A DNA stretch of 64,000 nt from an uncultured Pseudomonadota bacterium (GCA_963847705.1 CAWKBC010000027.1:32001-96000), one strand, 5' to 3'. Shown: positions 1-11,096, counted from the stretch's first letter. Notes: generated from the letters alone by a model not told the origin. Made by a program: numbers and translations.

Positions 1-1556
1 TCGGCTCGTCGGTGGTCAACGCGCTGTCGGAGTCGCTGACCGCCGAGGTCCGCCGCGACGGCGCGCTCTGGGAGCAGAAGTACGAGCGGGGCAAGGCGGT
101 CAGCAAGCTGCGCAAGACCGGCGCCGCGCGCGGCACCGGCACCTCGATCAGCTTCCGGCCGGATCCGGAGATCTTCGGCAAGCAGTCCTTCTCGGCCGAG
201 ACGATTCGCTTTCGTCTCGATGCCAAGGCCTTCCTGCACAAGGGGCTCTCCATCGTCTTCAAGGACGAGGCCGCCAAGACCACGGAGACCTTCGAGCACC
301 CGGGTGGCATCGCCGACTTCCTCACCAAGCTGGTCGCCGACCGCGGCAAGGCGCCGACCGCGCCGCAGGTCTTCTACTTCGAGCGCTCGGGAGAGGCCGG
401 GTTCCGCATCGAGGTGGCGATGCAGTGGACCGAGTCGCACGAGGAGACCATCCGCTCCTACGTCAACGGCATCCCCACCATCTCCGGCGGCACGCACGAG
501 CAGGGTTTTCGCGCGGCGATCGTCAAGGCGGTGCGCGCCTTCATCGAGACCTCGAACCTGGCGCCCAAGGGCGTCACGCTGACCGCCGAGGACATCCGGG
601 AGGGCCTGGTCGGCGTCCTCTCGATCTACCTGCAGGAGCCTCAGTTTCAGGGGCAGACGAAGGAGCGGCTGGGCAGCCCGGAAGCGCAGGCGCAGGTCGA
701 CGGCGCGGTCCGCCCGGCGCTGGAGACGTGGCTGCTCGGCAACAAGACCGCCGGCGCGCAGATCGTCGAGCGGATCGCGCTGGCCGCCAAGGCGCGCGAG
801 GCCTCGCGCGCGGCGGCGCAGGCGGTGTCGCGCAAGACGGCGGTCTCGCACCGGCTCAATCTGCCGGGCAAGCTGGCCGACTGCTCGTCGACCGATCCCG
901 GCAAGAGCGAGCTCTTCATCGTCGAGGGGGACTCGGCCGGCGGCTCGGCCAAGCAGGGGCGTGAGCGCAAGACCCAGGCGATCCTCCCGCTGCGCGGCAA
1001 GGTGCTGAACACCGAGCAGGCCTCGCTGCAGAAGGTGCTGGAGAACAAGGAGCTGCAGGACGTCGTCTCGGCGCTCGGCTGCGGCGTGGGCGCCGACTTC
1101 AAGCTCGAGCGGCTCCGCTACCACAAGATCATCCTGCTGATGGACGCCGACTCCGACGGCCACCACATCGCGACGCTGCTGCTGACGTTCTTCTACCGCC
1201 ACCTGCAGCCGCTCATCTCGGGAGGGTTCGTCTACCTGGCGCAGCCGCCGCTCTTCCGCGTCGACTACGGCAAGGAGACCTTCTGGGCGCTCGACGAACC
1301 GGACCGCACCCGCATCGTGGCCGGATTCCCCAAGAACGCGCGCCCCGACATCATGCGCTTCAAGGGCCTCGGCGAGATGCAGCCCGACGAGCTTCGCCGC
1401 ACCACGCTCGATCCGGCCACCCGGCGCCTCCTGCGGGTGACCGCCGAAGACGGGGCGGAGACCGACAGAGTTCTGACGGAGCTGATGGGCAAGGACGTCG
1501 AGGCGCGGTTCAAGTTCATCATGGAGCGCGCCGCGCAAGCCGATCTGGACCTGTGA
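1..1556 (+). CDS. parE: Type IIA DNA topoisomerase subunit B (ParE/GyrB family), 5'-truncated by window edge
   Basis: Toprim motifs [15 protein letters not shown] and DADSDGHHI; C-terminal RFKGLGEM; lacks the long GyrB insert. ParE versus short GyrB cannot be settled by eye. Confidence 0.8.
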   Translation, partial: GSSVVNALSESLTAEVRRDGALWEQKYERGKAVSKLRKTGAARGTGTSISFRPDPEIFGKQSFSAETIRFRLDAKAFLHKGLSIVFKDEAAKTTETFEHPGGIADFLTKLVADRGKAPTAPQVFYFERSGEAGFRIEVAMQWTESHEETIRSYVNGIPTISGGTHEQGFRAAIVKAVRAFIETSNLAPKGVTLTAEDIREGLVGVLSIYLQEPQFQGQTKERLGSPEAQAQVDGAVRPALETWLLGNKTAGAQIVERIALAAKAREASRAAAQAVSRKTAVSHRLNLPGKLADCSSTDPGKSELFIVEGDSAGGSAKQGRERKTQAILPLRGKVLNTEQASLQKVLENKELQDVVSALGCGVGADFKLERLRYHKIILLMDADSDGHHIATLLLTFFYRHLQPLISGGFVYLAQPPLFRVDYGKETFWALDEPDRTRIVAGFPKNARPDIMRFKGLGEMQPDELRRTTLDPATRRLLRVTAEDGAETDRVLTELMGKDVEARFKFIMERAAQADLDL

Positions 1557-1668
1557 CGCCGATCGGTAGACGCCGCGCGTGGCGTTTTTGTTTCGCTTCC
1601 GTCAATTCGTCAGGGGTTCCCTCAGGGCAAACCAGAAGCGTGCCGATGACCGTACCTACATCAACTAC

Positions 1669-2931
1669 ATGGGGTCATCGATGCTGCTGCACACCGATCC
1701 AGAGCTTCGCGCGCCACTTCACTCACTGGTCGAAGCACGGCGTGTGACCACCCACTTCCAGCCCATCTTCTCCGTTCGGCGGAAGAGTGTGGTGGGCCTG
1801 GAGGCGCTCTCGCGCGGCATCGGACCCCGGGGCGATCTGATCGCGCCCTACACGCTCTTCAAGCAGGCGGCGGCCGAGGGGATCGCGGGCGCGGTCGAGG
1901 ATCTCTGCCGCGAGAGCGCGGTCCGCAACTTTCACCGCCTGCGCACCCGCCCCGAAGAGCTGCTGCTGTTCCTCAACCTGGATCTGACCGGCATGTCCAA
2001 GCCGTCCGCCCTGTCGGCCGAGCTGGAGGCGCTGATCCGGGCCCCCGGCCTCGATCCGCGCAACGTGGGGGTGGAGTTCCTCGAGTCACGCCTCGACGAC
2101 GTCGGTCGGTTCGGCGAGCTGGCCATGGCGCTGCGCCAGCGGGGCTTCCTGGTCGTCCTCGACGACGTGGGGGCCGGGCACTCCAACCTCGATCGCATCC
2201 CGTTGCTCCGCCCCGACGTCATCAAGATCGATCGCAGCCTCATCACCGGCGTCGACGGCGACTTCTACAAGCAGGAGACCTTCAAGAGTCTGGTCAGTCT
2301 GTCGCGCCGGATCGGCGCGCTGGTGGTCGCGGAGGGGATCGAGACCGAGGCCGAGGCGGTGACGGCGCTGGAGCTGGGGGCCGATCTGCTGCAGGGGTTC
2401 TTCCTCGGCCGCCCGAGCGCGGGGGCGGCTTTCGACAACGGCGGCTTCGAGCGCGCCGCCGGCTGCGTCGAGCCGCTGGCCCGGGCGTTCAAGAGCCACA
2501 TGGTCGGCCAGATCAACGCGCGCAAGACCGAGTACCGCCGCTTCAACATGATCCTGAACCGGATCCTCTGCGACATCACCAGCGCGACCCCTCCGGAGTT
2601 CGACGCCATCCTCTCGCGCCTGGTGGGCGAGTATCCGAAGATCGACTGTCTCTACGTCCTGGACGACAACGGCGTTCAGGTGACGGACACCATCTGCGGC
2701 GCCGGGCTGGCCGGGCGCTCGGGCGGGGCCATGTTCCGCCCGGCGGCCAAGGGAACCGACCATTCCCTCAAGGAGTACTTCTACGTCCTCATTGACGTCG
2801 AGCTGCAGAAGTACACCACCGATCCCTACGTCTCGCTGGCCGGCGGCCAGCTCTGCCGCACCATCAGCACCTGCTTTCGCGACGCCGCCCAGAACCGCAC
2901 GTTCGTCCTCTGCGTCGACGTCCGCGCTTGA
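1669..2931 (+). CDS. EAL-domain c-di-GMP phosphodiesterase-like protein with C-terminal YkuI_C/Cache-like sensor domain
   Basis: FQPI...EALSRG, LDDVGAGHSNL, IKIDRS, VAEGIET and LLQGF motifs; C-terminal DHSLKEYF...TDPYVS resembles the Bacillus YkuI C-domain. Start uncertain (1579/1669/1681). Confidence 0.85.
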   Translation: MGSSMLLHTDPELRAPLHSLVEARRVTTHFQPIFSVRRKSVVGLEALSRGIGPRGDLIAPYTLFKQAAAEGIAGAVEDLCRESAVRNFHRLRTRPEELLLFLNLDLTGMSKPSALSAELEALIRAPGLDPRNVGVEFLESRLDDVGRFGELAMALRQRGFLVVLDDVGAGHSNLDRIPLLRPDVIKIDRSLITGVDGDFYKQETFKSLVSLSRRIGALVVAEGIETEAEAVTALELGADLLQGFFLGRPSAGAAFDNGGFERAAGCVEPLARAFKSHMVGQINARKTEYRRFNMILNRILCDITSATPPEFDAILSRLVGEYPKIDCLYVLDDNGVQVTDTICGAGLAGRSGGAMFRPAAKGTDHSLKEYFYVLIDVELQKYTTDPYVSLAGGQLCRTISTCFRDAAQNRTFVLCVDVRA

Positions 2932-3020
2932 ACGAGGCGGGGCGATCGCGTCGAGCGTGGTCCGGCTTTGCCGGACGAAGCTCATCGCGGGAGGTTCGGA
3001 ACCCTCCCAGGGTTCCGAGC

Positions 3021-3263
3021 CTAACGAATCGTCGCGCCGACGTAGACGAAGGCGGTCCCCAGCGCCAGCGCCAGGCCGATGATCACGATCGGCGAGATCC
3101 GGATCTCGATCAGGAACGGGCGGTTCAGCCATTGCCAGAGCGAGGGAAACCGCGGCTCGGAGACCCGGGTCATGACGCGCGCGACCAGATCGGGGGGCGG
3201 GGTGACATCGTCGCGCAGGCGCGCCAGCTCGCTGATTCGGTTGTTCCGGGACTCCACGTTCAC
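3021..3263 (-). CDS. Small single-TM protein, probable anti-sigma factor
   Basis: GTG start overlaps the sigma gene TAG stop; short cytoplasmic part plus one C-terminal hydrophobic helix. Confidence 0.6.
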   Translation of the reverse strand: MNVESRNNRISELARLRDDVTPPPDLVARVMTRVSEPRFPSLWQWLNRPFLIEIRISPIVIIGLALALGTAFVYVGATIR

Positions 3264-4003
3264 TAAGTGACCCCACACCTTTCAACCAGCTCACGTAACA
3301 TCGCCCGCCCGCGCACCACCCGGATCTTGAGGGTGGTGATTGGGAGCCGGAGGATGCCGCGGATCTCCTCGTAGGAGAGATCCTCGGCGTCGCGCAGGAT
3401 CAGCACCTCGCGGTACTTGGTGGGGAGCTTGAGCAGCGCCGCGCCCAGATGCGCCCGCCGCTCGCCGTGGGAGGCGTTGGCCTCGGGGGTGGGGGGATCG
3501 TAGGCGAACGCCGCCTCGCCGCCGTGGACCTCACGGTCGAGCGGCTGCTCGGTCCGGCGCCTCGATTTCAGCACGTCCTTCGAACGGTTGACGGCGATCC
3601 GCAGCAGCCAGGTGGAAAAAGCGTGGGGGCGCCCCTCTCCGCGGAAGCGATCGAGCGCGTTGAACGCGTCGACGAAGGCCTGCTGCGCGATGTCCTCCGC
3701 GTCGGCGCTGCTCCCCAGCATGCGCAGCGCCACCGAGAACGCCAGCCGCTGGTAGCGCTGCACGAGCGGCCGAAAGGCCTCGACGTCGCCCGCCACGCAG
3801 CGCGCGATGAGACGCCGCTCCTCTTCGTCCCGCCGGCCCACCTGCGCGTCGCCCGACGTCGGCGAGGTCGGCAACGTCGGCAAGGTCGGCTCGAACGCCC
3901 GGGGGAGCTCGGAGAGCGCGAGTGCACCGCTCTCCTCGGGATCGAGCGCGATCGCCCCCGAGGCCGAGTGACGCGAACGACCCGAATGATCCGCGGGCGG
4001 CAC
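3263..4003 (-). CDS. ECF sigma-70 factor
   Basis: Region 2 (DAEDIAQQAF...FSTWLLRIAVN) and region 4 (LPTKYREVLILR...LSYEEI). Confidence 0.9.
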   Translation of the reverse strand: MPPADHSGRSRHSASGAIALDPEESGALALSELPRAFEPTLPTLPTSPTSGDAQVGRRDEEERRLIARCVAGDVEAFRPLVQRYQRLAFSVALRMLGSSADAEDIAQQAFVDAFNALDRFRGEGRPHAFSTWLLRIAVNRSKDVLKSRRRTEQPLDREVHGGEAAFAYDPPTPEANASHGERRAHLGAALLKLPTKYREVLILRDAEDLSYEEIRGILRLPITTLKIRVVRGRAMLRELVERCGVT

Positions 4004-4050
4004 GAGCCGAGCCTACCGCAACTCGAGAAAAAGAGGCGCGCTATACTGAA

Positions 4051-5268
4051 ATGATGCGCGGCGGTGTGGCGCGGGTCCTCGCCCCGGCGGTCGTGGCGAC
4101 GGCTCTCTTGACGGTCACCGGCCGTGGGGCCGGAGCTGCTCCGGCGGCGGACGGCGCCGGGCAGTCCTTCTGGAGCCGCGCCGGCGGCGCCAAGGCTGTC
4201 GCGAATGGGGCAGAAGGTGCGACGGCCCGCTGGTTCGTCGCCGCCGTCGAACGGACCACGCAGGGACGCTACGTCGAGGCCGCGGCCGCTTACGGCGTGG
4301 CGCTGGCCATGGGCGCGGACGCGCCGGCGGTCTACGCCAACCTGGGCGAGGTCCTGATGGCCGACGGCCAGCTGGCGGCGGCGGAAGCGTGCTACCGCGA
4401 CGCGATCGCGGCGGCGTCGGTCGTTCGTCTTCCCAACTTCGCCAACTTCGGGAGCTCGGCGAATATCGAGAGCTTGGAGGCGCAGCGCCTCGACGATCCG
4501 CGCGGGCGCGCCCAAGATCTGACGCTCGCCTATCTCGGGCTGGCGGTTGCGCTCGATCGCGACGGTCAGACCCAGGCCGCGCGCGAGATGATGCAACGGG
4601 CGCTGGCGCTCGACTCCACCACCTCCGTGCTGGCGGTGGCGGAGCTTCCCAGCTCCGATCTCTTCTTCGTTCCGGCTGGCGACGTCTACTACTACGTCGG
4701 TCTCGCCCGCTCGGTCGCCGGCCGGCGCGACGAGGCCGTGGAGGCCTTCCACGAGTTCCTGGTCCATCAACCCGCCAGCCGCTGGGCGGCGGGGGCCAAG
4801 GCCCACCTGACCGAGCTCGAGCGAAGTCCCGCGCCCGGTGTGCCGACATCGTCAGCCGGGCTGCCGGGGCCGTCGACTCCTTCTGGGCCCGGGCACGGAC
4901 GGGGCAGCGGGCCGCGCGTGGTGGCCGTGGGAACCGTCTTGTCGACGGGGGGCTCGGTGGCGCCGCTGATCGATGCCGCCTGGCGCGAGCAGGCAGCGAT
5001 CCTCGACGACTGCCTGAGCGCCGCGCCGGAGCTGGCCGCGGCGCGCGCCCCTCTGCGCCTCGCCGTCGAGCTCACCATCGACGGCCGCGGCCGGGTCTCC
5101 TCCGTCGCGGTGAAGCTGCCGCCCGCGGTCCAGGCCTGGCCGTCCGCCGAAAAGCTTTCGGGTTGTCTCGCCCGGGCGATCGAGACGCGCCTGCGCCTCC
5201 CTGTGCCGCCTGCCCGGCGCCCGACGCGCGCGCGCACCGAGCTGCTGGTCGGCTTCCCCTTGCCGTAG
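4051..5268 (+). CDS. Secreted TPR-repeat protein with C-terminal TonB-C/AgmX-like domain
   Basis: Signal peptide, TPR-like helices (VYANLGEVLMADGQLAAAEACYRDAI), Pro/Gly linker, C-terminal C...VELTIDGRGRVSSV...C pattern. Confidence 0.6.
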   Translation: MMRGGVARVLAPAVVATALLTVTGRGAGAAPAADGAGQSFWSRAGGAKAVANGAEGATARWFVAAVERTTQGRYVEAAAAYGVALAMGADAPAVYANLGEVLMADGQLAAAEACYRDAIAAASVVRLPNFANFGSSANIESLEAQRLDDPRGRAQDLTLAYLGLAVALDRDGQTQAAREMMQRALALDSTTSVLAVAELPSSDLFFVPAGDVYYYVGLARSVAGRRDEAVEAFHEFLVHQPASRWAAGAKAHLTELERSPAPGVPTSSAGLPGPSTPSGPGHGRGSGPRVVAVGTVLSTGGSVAPLIDAAWREQAAILDDCLSAAPELAAARAPLRLAVELTIDGRGRVSSVAVKLPPAVQAWPSAEKLSGCLARAIETRLRLPVPPARRPTRARTELLVGFPLP

Positions 5269-5292
5269 TGGGCGAGGTATAGGTGGAGGGCG

Positions 5293-5934
5293 GTGCGAAG
5301 CGCCAGGCCACGATACATCGCCGTCGAGGGGCCGATCGGCGCCGGCAAGTCGAGCCTGGCCGAGATCCTGAGCGAGTCGCTTCAGGCGCGGATCATCCGG
5401 GAGAGCCCCGAAGAAAACCCTTTTCTGGGGCCGTTCTACAAGGACCGGCGCCGGCACGCGATGTCGGCGCAGCTCTTCTTTCTGCTCCAGCGCTACGCGC
5501 AGCAGGGGGAGCTGGCCCAGGGGGATCTCTTCTCGCGCGGCGGCGTGGTCTCCGACTACCTGTTCGCCAAGGACCGGCTGTTCGCCTCCCTCAACCTCTC
5601 CGACGACGAGATGGCGCTCTACGACCGCATCTACCAGATGCTGAAGCCCCGCACGGTGACGCCCGATCTGGTCGTCTACCTGCAGGCCCGCACCGACGTG
5701 CTGCTCGACCGCATCCGCAAGCGCGGTCGCAGCGAGGAGCGCCCGATCCGCGCCGAGTACGTCGAAGAGGTGGCGCGCGCCTACGCCGAGTTCTTCTTCG
5801 CCTACAACGAAGGGCCTCTCCTGGTGGTCAACGCCTCGGAGATCGACTTCGTCAACAACCTCGACCACCGCAGCGAGCTGCTCGCCGTCATCGAAAAGGC
5901 GCCCGCCGGCACCAGCCACTGGAGCCGTGGGTGA
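5293..5934 (+). CDS. Deoxynucleoside kinase
   Basis: P-loop IAVEGPIGAGKSS, ENPFL, PDLVVYL, RIRKRGR. Confidence 0.9.
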   Translation: MRSARPRYIAVEGPIGAGKSSLAEILSESLQARIIRESPEENPFLGPFYKDRRRHAMSAQLFFLLQRYAQQGELAQGDLFSRGGVVSDYLFAKDRLFASLNLSDDEMALYDRIYQMLKPRTVTPDLVVYLQARTDVLLDRIRKRGRSEERPIRAEYVEEVARAYAEFFFAYNEGPLLVVNASEIDFVNNLDHRSELLAVIEKAPAGTSHWSRG

Positions 5935-6139
5935 ACCCGCAGCCGACGCAGGTCTCGGTCCCGTAGGCGCGGTCGCGCTGAGACCGTGACGTCGCGGCGG
6001 CGCCTCGAGCCACCGGCGCCACCGGGCGCAAAATTCGAGATTGGCGTAACATGGCTTTCCTGCGTTTTTATCAACGCGCCGCGTTCGCTTCGAATGATGA
6101 ACGCCGCCCCACGTGGGCACTAAGGAAAAGGGTGACGCT

Positions 6140-7770
6140 ATGAACCGACCTCTCTTGATGACTGGGCTGGTCCTGATTTCTCTTGGCTGTGGATCGTCGA
6201 AGAGCAGCTCAGGCGACGGCGGTGGGACGGGCGGCACGAACACGAGCGGGTCAGGCGGCACGAACACCACCGGGACCGGCGGTGCGAGGTCCACCGGTGG
6301 AACGACCGGCACGGGCGGGTCGACGGCCGCCACCGGCGGAGCCGGCGGGAGCGCCGATCAGTCCGTGCTGGAGCGGAACAACCATCCCAGCCGCGACGGG
6401 ATCTTCCTGCAGCCGACGCTGACCAAGGCGGCGGCCGCCACGATGGCGGCGGACACCGGCTTCAAGGCCACCTTCAGCGGCGCCATGTGGGCCTCGCCGC
6501 TCTACCTGCAGAAGGGGCCGAACGGCAAGGGCGTGTTCTTCGCGGTGACGACCGGCAACGACGTCTTCGCGCTGGACGAGACGACGGGCGCGCAGGTCTG
6601 GACCCACAACATCGGGAGCTCTCCGACGGCGAACGGCGGAAGCCCCACCTGCGGCAACATCCATCCGCTCGGCATCATCAGCACGCCAGTCATCAACACG
6701 ACCACCACGCCGCCGACGATCTACGTGGCGGGCGCGATCGGGACGACGTCGATCATGAGCCACCAGGTGCACGCGCTCTCGACGACGGACGGGACCGAGG
6801 TGAGCGGTTGGCCCGTCGACGTGTCGAGCTCGACCTCGGGCAGCATCATCTTCGACACCGTGCACGAAAATCAGCGAAGCGCGCTGTCGTTGGTAGGAAA
6901 CACCCTCTACGTGGCCTACGGCGGCCACATCGGCGATTGCGGCGGCTACCACGGCTGGGTGATGGGGATCGACACGCAAGATCCGGCGATGCATGGCGCC
7001 TGGGCCACTGCGGGGCAGGGCGAAGGGATCTGGGGCTCGGCCGGCATGGCGTCCGACGGCACCGGCGTGTTCGCCTTGACCGGAAACAACACCGCGCGGG
7101 TCAGCGCGCACGCCGACAGCGAAGAGGCGGTGCGCATCACCGGCATGGGGACGATGGCCGATTCGTTCTACCCCGCGTCCTGGCAGACCATGGATTCGGG
7201 CGACGCCGATCTTGGCGCCAGCAACCCGGTCTACGTCACGTTGCCCGGCGCGACGCCGTCGAAGATCTTGGTCGTCGTCTCCAAGGACGGTCACATGTAC
7301 CTGCTCGACGCGACCAAGCTCGGCGGCATGGCCGGCCAGAAGGTGGACTTCATGGTCGCGAACGGCACGATGGCGATTCACACGGCGGTCGCCGCCTACA
7401 CCACCGCCAAGGGGCTCTATGTCACCTTCGGGACCAACACCGGCGCCCTCTGCCCGGGCGGCGGCAGCGAGAACATCATGTCGGTGCTGATCGCGCCCGG
7501 CTCGCCGCCCACGCCGAGCGTCGCCTGGTGCGCGCCGCTTTCCGGAAAAGTGACGGGCCCGATCTCGACCACCACCGACGGCACCAGCGACGTCGTCGTC
7601 TGGTACATGAATAATGGAAAGCTCAACGGGGTCGACGGCGACACCGGGGCGTCGATTTACGCCAGCAGCAACAGCTGCGCGAACGTCGAGCAATGGACTT
7701 CGCCGATCGCCGCCAACGGACGGATCATCGTGGGGGGGACGGCAACCTCTGTTCCTGGTCACCACACTAA
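6140..7770 (+). CDS. Secreted lipoprotein, PQQ-like beta-propeller (paralog 1); 1-nt frameshift in G-run near the 3' end
   Basis: Lipobox SLGC and Gly/Thr linker. Adding one G to the G7 run at 7732-7738 gives GRIIVGGDGNLCSWSPH* (TAA 7768-7770), matching the paralog end GRIIVAGNGHLCAW. Confidence 0.75.
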
Positions 7771-7852
7771 CGAAGTGATAGTTTCCTTGCCGCGCCTCCG
7801 CTCCGGTTCGATGGACGAACCGCCCCCGGGAGGCTCGCAGAGAGGCAAGGCT

Positions 7853-9760
7853 ATGCACCGCCGGCTCCTAATCGGATTCCTCGTTCTTCCGTTCGCCTGC
7901 TCGAGCAGTGGTGGATCGACCACCGGTACCGGCGGCTCGAGCGCCACCGGCGGGTCGAGCGCGACAGGCGGTTCGCACGCCACCGGCGGTTCGAACGCCA
8001 CCGGCGGGTCCACGGGGACCGGCGGATCGATCGGGACGGGCGGCTCTGCGACCGGCGGGTCGACGGGGACGGGCGGTGGTGCAGGCGCCAAGGGGGCGGG
8101 TGGGTCGACGGGGACCGGAGGCTCTGCGACGGGCGGCGCGACCGGCACCGGCGGCGCGGCCGGCGCCAAGGGGACCGGCGGGGCCGCGACCGGCGGGACG
8201 ACGGGAACGGCGGGCGCCGCCGGCACGGCCGATCAGTCGGTGCTCGAGCGGAACAAGAACCCGTCACGCGACGGCCTCTTCATCCAGCCGACCTTGACGA
8301 AGGCGGCGGCGGCGACGATGGCGGCCGATACGAACTTCAACAACGCCGCGACCTTCACCTCGGCCGTCACCAACGGCTCGAATGTGGCGGCATCGCCGGT
8401 CTACCTGGATGGCGCGACGAGCGGGGCGGGGCTGTTCTTCATCCCCACGGCTGGCGGCGACGTCGTCGCCCGCAAGGAGGACGGGACGAGTCAGTGGTCG
8501 ACGAGCATCGGCGCGCCGGCCACCGGCGGCATCGGTTGCTCCAGCTTTGCGACCACGCCGCCGCTCGGGATCCTCTCGACGCCGGTGATCGACGCGACGT
8601 CCAAGACGATCTACGTGGCGGGAATCGTCGGGAGCGCCTCGGGCGTGACCGGGCAGATCGCCAGCGCCATCGACATCACGACCGGAATGGTCAAATCCGG
8701 ATGGCCGGTGAAGGTCCACACCGTCGCCTCGTTCGATCCCACGATCCACAATCAGCGCAGCGCGCTGTCGCTGGTGAACGGCATCCTCTACATCGCGTAC
8801 GCCGGCTATGTGGGCGACTGCGGCAGCTACCACGGCCGTGTCGTTTCGATCGACACGGCCACCCCGACCACGACGGGGCAGTGGGCCACGGGGGACATGG
8901 GCGGCGGGATCTGGGCCAGCGGCGGCATGGCCGCCGACGGCAACAACATCTACGTCGCCACGGGCAACTACGTGCCGCTCGAGACCGCCCCCGCCACCCA
9001 CACCGACAGCGAGGAGGTCATCCGGCTCACCGGAATGGGGACGAAGTCGGACTTCTTCTATCCGTCGAGCTGGAGCAACTTCGACATGAACGACGGCGAC
9101 GTGGGAGCGAACAACCCCATGGTCATCACGGTGCCGGGCGCGACGCCCTCGAAGCTGGTGGTGGCGATCGCCAAGGGCGGCAATGGCTACCTGCTCGACG
9201 CCTCGCAGCTTCGAGGAACGACCAGCGGCAGCGCCGCCGGCGGGCAGCTCGCCACGTTCGCGCTGGCCAGCGGCAGCGGCATGAACATCTACGGCGCTCC
9301 GGCGTCGTACAAGACGGCGATGGGGACGTACGTCGCCATGTCGTCGGCCAGCGCCACCGGATGCCCGGGGGGCGGGACGGGACGCCAGCTCATGGCGGTG
9401 CGCATCACCCCCAGCCCGCTGGCGGCCTCGGTCGTCTGGTGCGCCGCGATGGGAAGCGCCACCAACCCCATCGCCACCAGCAGCGACGGGACGTCCGACG
9501 CGATCGTCTGGTACGCGAACAGCGGCAAGCTGATGGGTGTGGACGGCGACACCGGCGCCACCATCTACAGCAGCACCAACACCTGCTCCGGGGTCCCGAA
9601 GTGGAGCTCGCCGATCGCCGTCAAGGGCCGGATCATCGTGGCCGGGAACGGACATCTCTGCGCCTGGGGCATCCCCGGAGCACTGTCGCAGGCCCCGCAG
9701 CCGGCGAAGCCGGGGCGCCACAAGCGCACGATCGCCAGCGCGGCCCACACGCAGGGCTGA
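7853..9760 (+). CDS. Secreted lipoprotein, PQQ-like beta-propeller (paralog 2)
   Basis: Own ATG and lipoprotein signal (MHRRLLIGFLVLPFAC), long TGG linker; shares DQSVLERN.PSRDG, LGI.STPVI, NQRSALSL, GDCG.YHG and W.SPIA motifs with paralog 1. Confidence 0.8.
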   Translation: MHRRLLIGFLVLPFACSSSGGSTTGTGGSSATGGSSATGGSHATGGSNATGGSTGTGGSIGTGGSATGGSTGTGGGAGAKGAGGSTGTGGSATGGATGTGGAAGAKGTGGAATGGTTGTAGAAGTADQSVLERNKNPSRDGLFIQPTLTKAAAATMAADTNFNNAATFTSAVTNGSNVAASPVYLDGATSGAGLFFIPTAGGDVVARKEDGTSQWSTSIGAPATGGIGCSSFATTPPLGILSTPVIDATSKTIYVAGIVGSASGVTGQIASAIDITTGMVKSGWPVKVHTVASFDPTIHNQRSALSLVNGILYIAYAGYVGDCGSYHGRVVSIDTATPTTTGQWATGDMGGGIWASGGMAADGNNIYVATGNYVPLETAPATHTDSEEVIRLTGMGTKSDFFYPSSWSNFDMNDGDVGANNPMVITVPGATPSKLVVAIAKGGNGYLLDASQLRGTTSGSAAGGQLATFALASGSGMNIYGAPASYKTAMGTYVAMSSASATGCPGGGTGRQLMAVRITPSPLAASVVWCAAMGSATNPIATSSDGTSDAIVWYANSGKLMGVDGDTGATIYSSTNTCSGVPKWSSPIAVKGRIIVAGNGHLCAWGIPGALSQAPQPAKPGRHKRTIASAAHTQG

Positions 9761-9779
9761 CCTTCGCAGCGAGGCTGCC

Positions 9780-11096
9780 TTACTGAGTTGGGCAGGCGGT
9801 GATGGAGGTGATCCAGCTGTCGATCAGGGCGGTGGCCTGCGTGTCCACCACGTAGGAGGCGATGAGCGGCATGCGGCCGTGATGGCCGCTGCTGTCGTCG
9901 GGCGGCGCCTTCATCCGGATCGACATGACGGACAGCTCGGGATGGCCCGGCGCCAGGGTCACCGGGTTGGTCAACCCGAACCCGCCCGTCGCCGGGGTGA
10001 CGTTGCAGATGTTCCTCACGGCCAGCGGGAGTCCGAACCGGAGGTCCAGGCAGGGGTCGGTGGTGCAATCGACGTCGTCGTCCGGGCGGTGGCAGAAGGC
10101 GCAGTTCGCGTGCAGGTAGGTCGTCGCCTTCTGCTCGACCGTCGCGGATGCCGGCGGGCTCCCGAGTTGCGACGTCGTCGGCTCGATGAGGGCCGCCTTG
10201 TACGGCGTGGGGATCGGCGCCTCGAAGACGCCCATGGCCTGGAGCTTGTCGAGCTGATTGGATCCGCCGACCACCCGATTCATCTGGGCGGTCTCCAGGC
10301 CAAGCACGGCGTAGCCCTTGTCCGGGATGTGGCAGGTCATGCAGTCGTCCTGCGAGGGGAAGTGCCAGTCCACGGTGCGCTGACCAGTTGCGAAGCTCTC
10401 CTCGTCGCGGACGTTCGGCTCGAGGGTGGCGTCCGTCTGGGCCTGGTCCCACTTGTACGAAAAGCCGCCCCAGGTGGTGGCGCTGAAGTGCATGAACAGG
10501 CGCGTTTCGAGCAGCTTGCCGTCGAAGAGGAAGCTCTTCACCATCACCGTGCCGACCGGAAGCTTCCACTTGCCGTCATCGGCGTAGTCGCGGGAGCCGG
10601 GGCACTCCGACGGATTCGCCGAGCAGTTCACCACGTGAATCTGGGCGCCGTTCGGCAGCGCCATGCCGCGGGTCTTGTCGGCCCCGTCGGACCAGAGGGG
10701 GCTGTTGACCTCGTAGGGGAAGACCGAAGGAGCGAGCGCCGTCGTATCGGTCGGGCTCATGCAGCCGGTCTGGCTCAGCATCTGAATGGGTTGGGTCATG
10801 TCCGCGAACGGCACGCAGGTTTGCGGCAAGGCGGCGTTGCCGGCCGTGCCCCCGGCGCCGGCCGTGCCGCCCCCGGCGCCCGCTGAGCCGCCACCGGCGC
10901 CCGCCAATCCCCCGCCAGCGCCCACCCCGCCGCCGTTGCCATTTCCTGTTCCGCCGGTGTTGCCGGGACTGCCACCTTTGCCCCCCTGGTCGGACCCGGT
11001 GCCGCAGCTGACAGCAACAAGGGACGCAGCGGCGACCGCGAGGGGAAGTCGAAGCCACTGCGCGCTCGAGGTTCGTTTGTGTCGGAAAGAGATCAT
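9780..11096 (-). CDS. Diheme c-type cytochrome lipoprotein (SO2930-like family)
   Basis: Lipobox VAVSC; YEVNSPLWSDGADKTR; heme motifs CMTCH and CAFCH; C-terminal RMP. Confidence 0.75.
   Translation of the reverse strand: MISFRHKRTSSAQWLRLPLAVAAASLVAVSCGTGSDQGGKGGSPGNTGGTGNGNGGGVGAGGGLAGAGGGSAGAGGGTAGAGGTAGNAALPQTCVPFADMTQPIQMLSQTGCMSPTDTTALAPSVFPYEVNSPLWSDGADKTRGMALPNGAQIHVVNCSANPSECPGSRDYADDGKWKLPVGTVMVKSFLFDGKLLETRLFMHFSATTWGGFSYKWDQAQTDATLEPNVRDEESFATGQRTVDWHFPSQDDCMTCHIPDKGYAVLGLETAQMNRVVGGSNQLDKLQAMGVFEAPIPTPYKAALIEPTTSQLGSPPASATVEQKATTYLHANCAFCHRPDDDVDCTTDPCLDLRFGLPLAVRNICNVTPATGGFGLTNPVTLAPGHPELSVMSIRMKAPPDDSSGHHGRMPLIASYVVDTQATALIDSWITSITACPTQ

Noticed and set aside
5937-6000. Imperfect hairpin after the deoxynucleoside kinase gene as an ncRNA
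   Set aside because: No recognisable family motif; GC-rich pairing is expected by chance or as a simple 3' stem.
6041-6056. Sigma54 motif upstream of the propeller genes
   Set aside because: GG-GC spacing is off by one.
6113-9760. Single 1215-aa ORF
   Set aside because: Contains an internal lipoprotein signal peptide and a non-homologous junction; better explained as two paralogs joined by a G-run indel.
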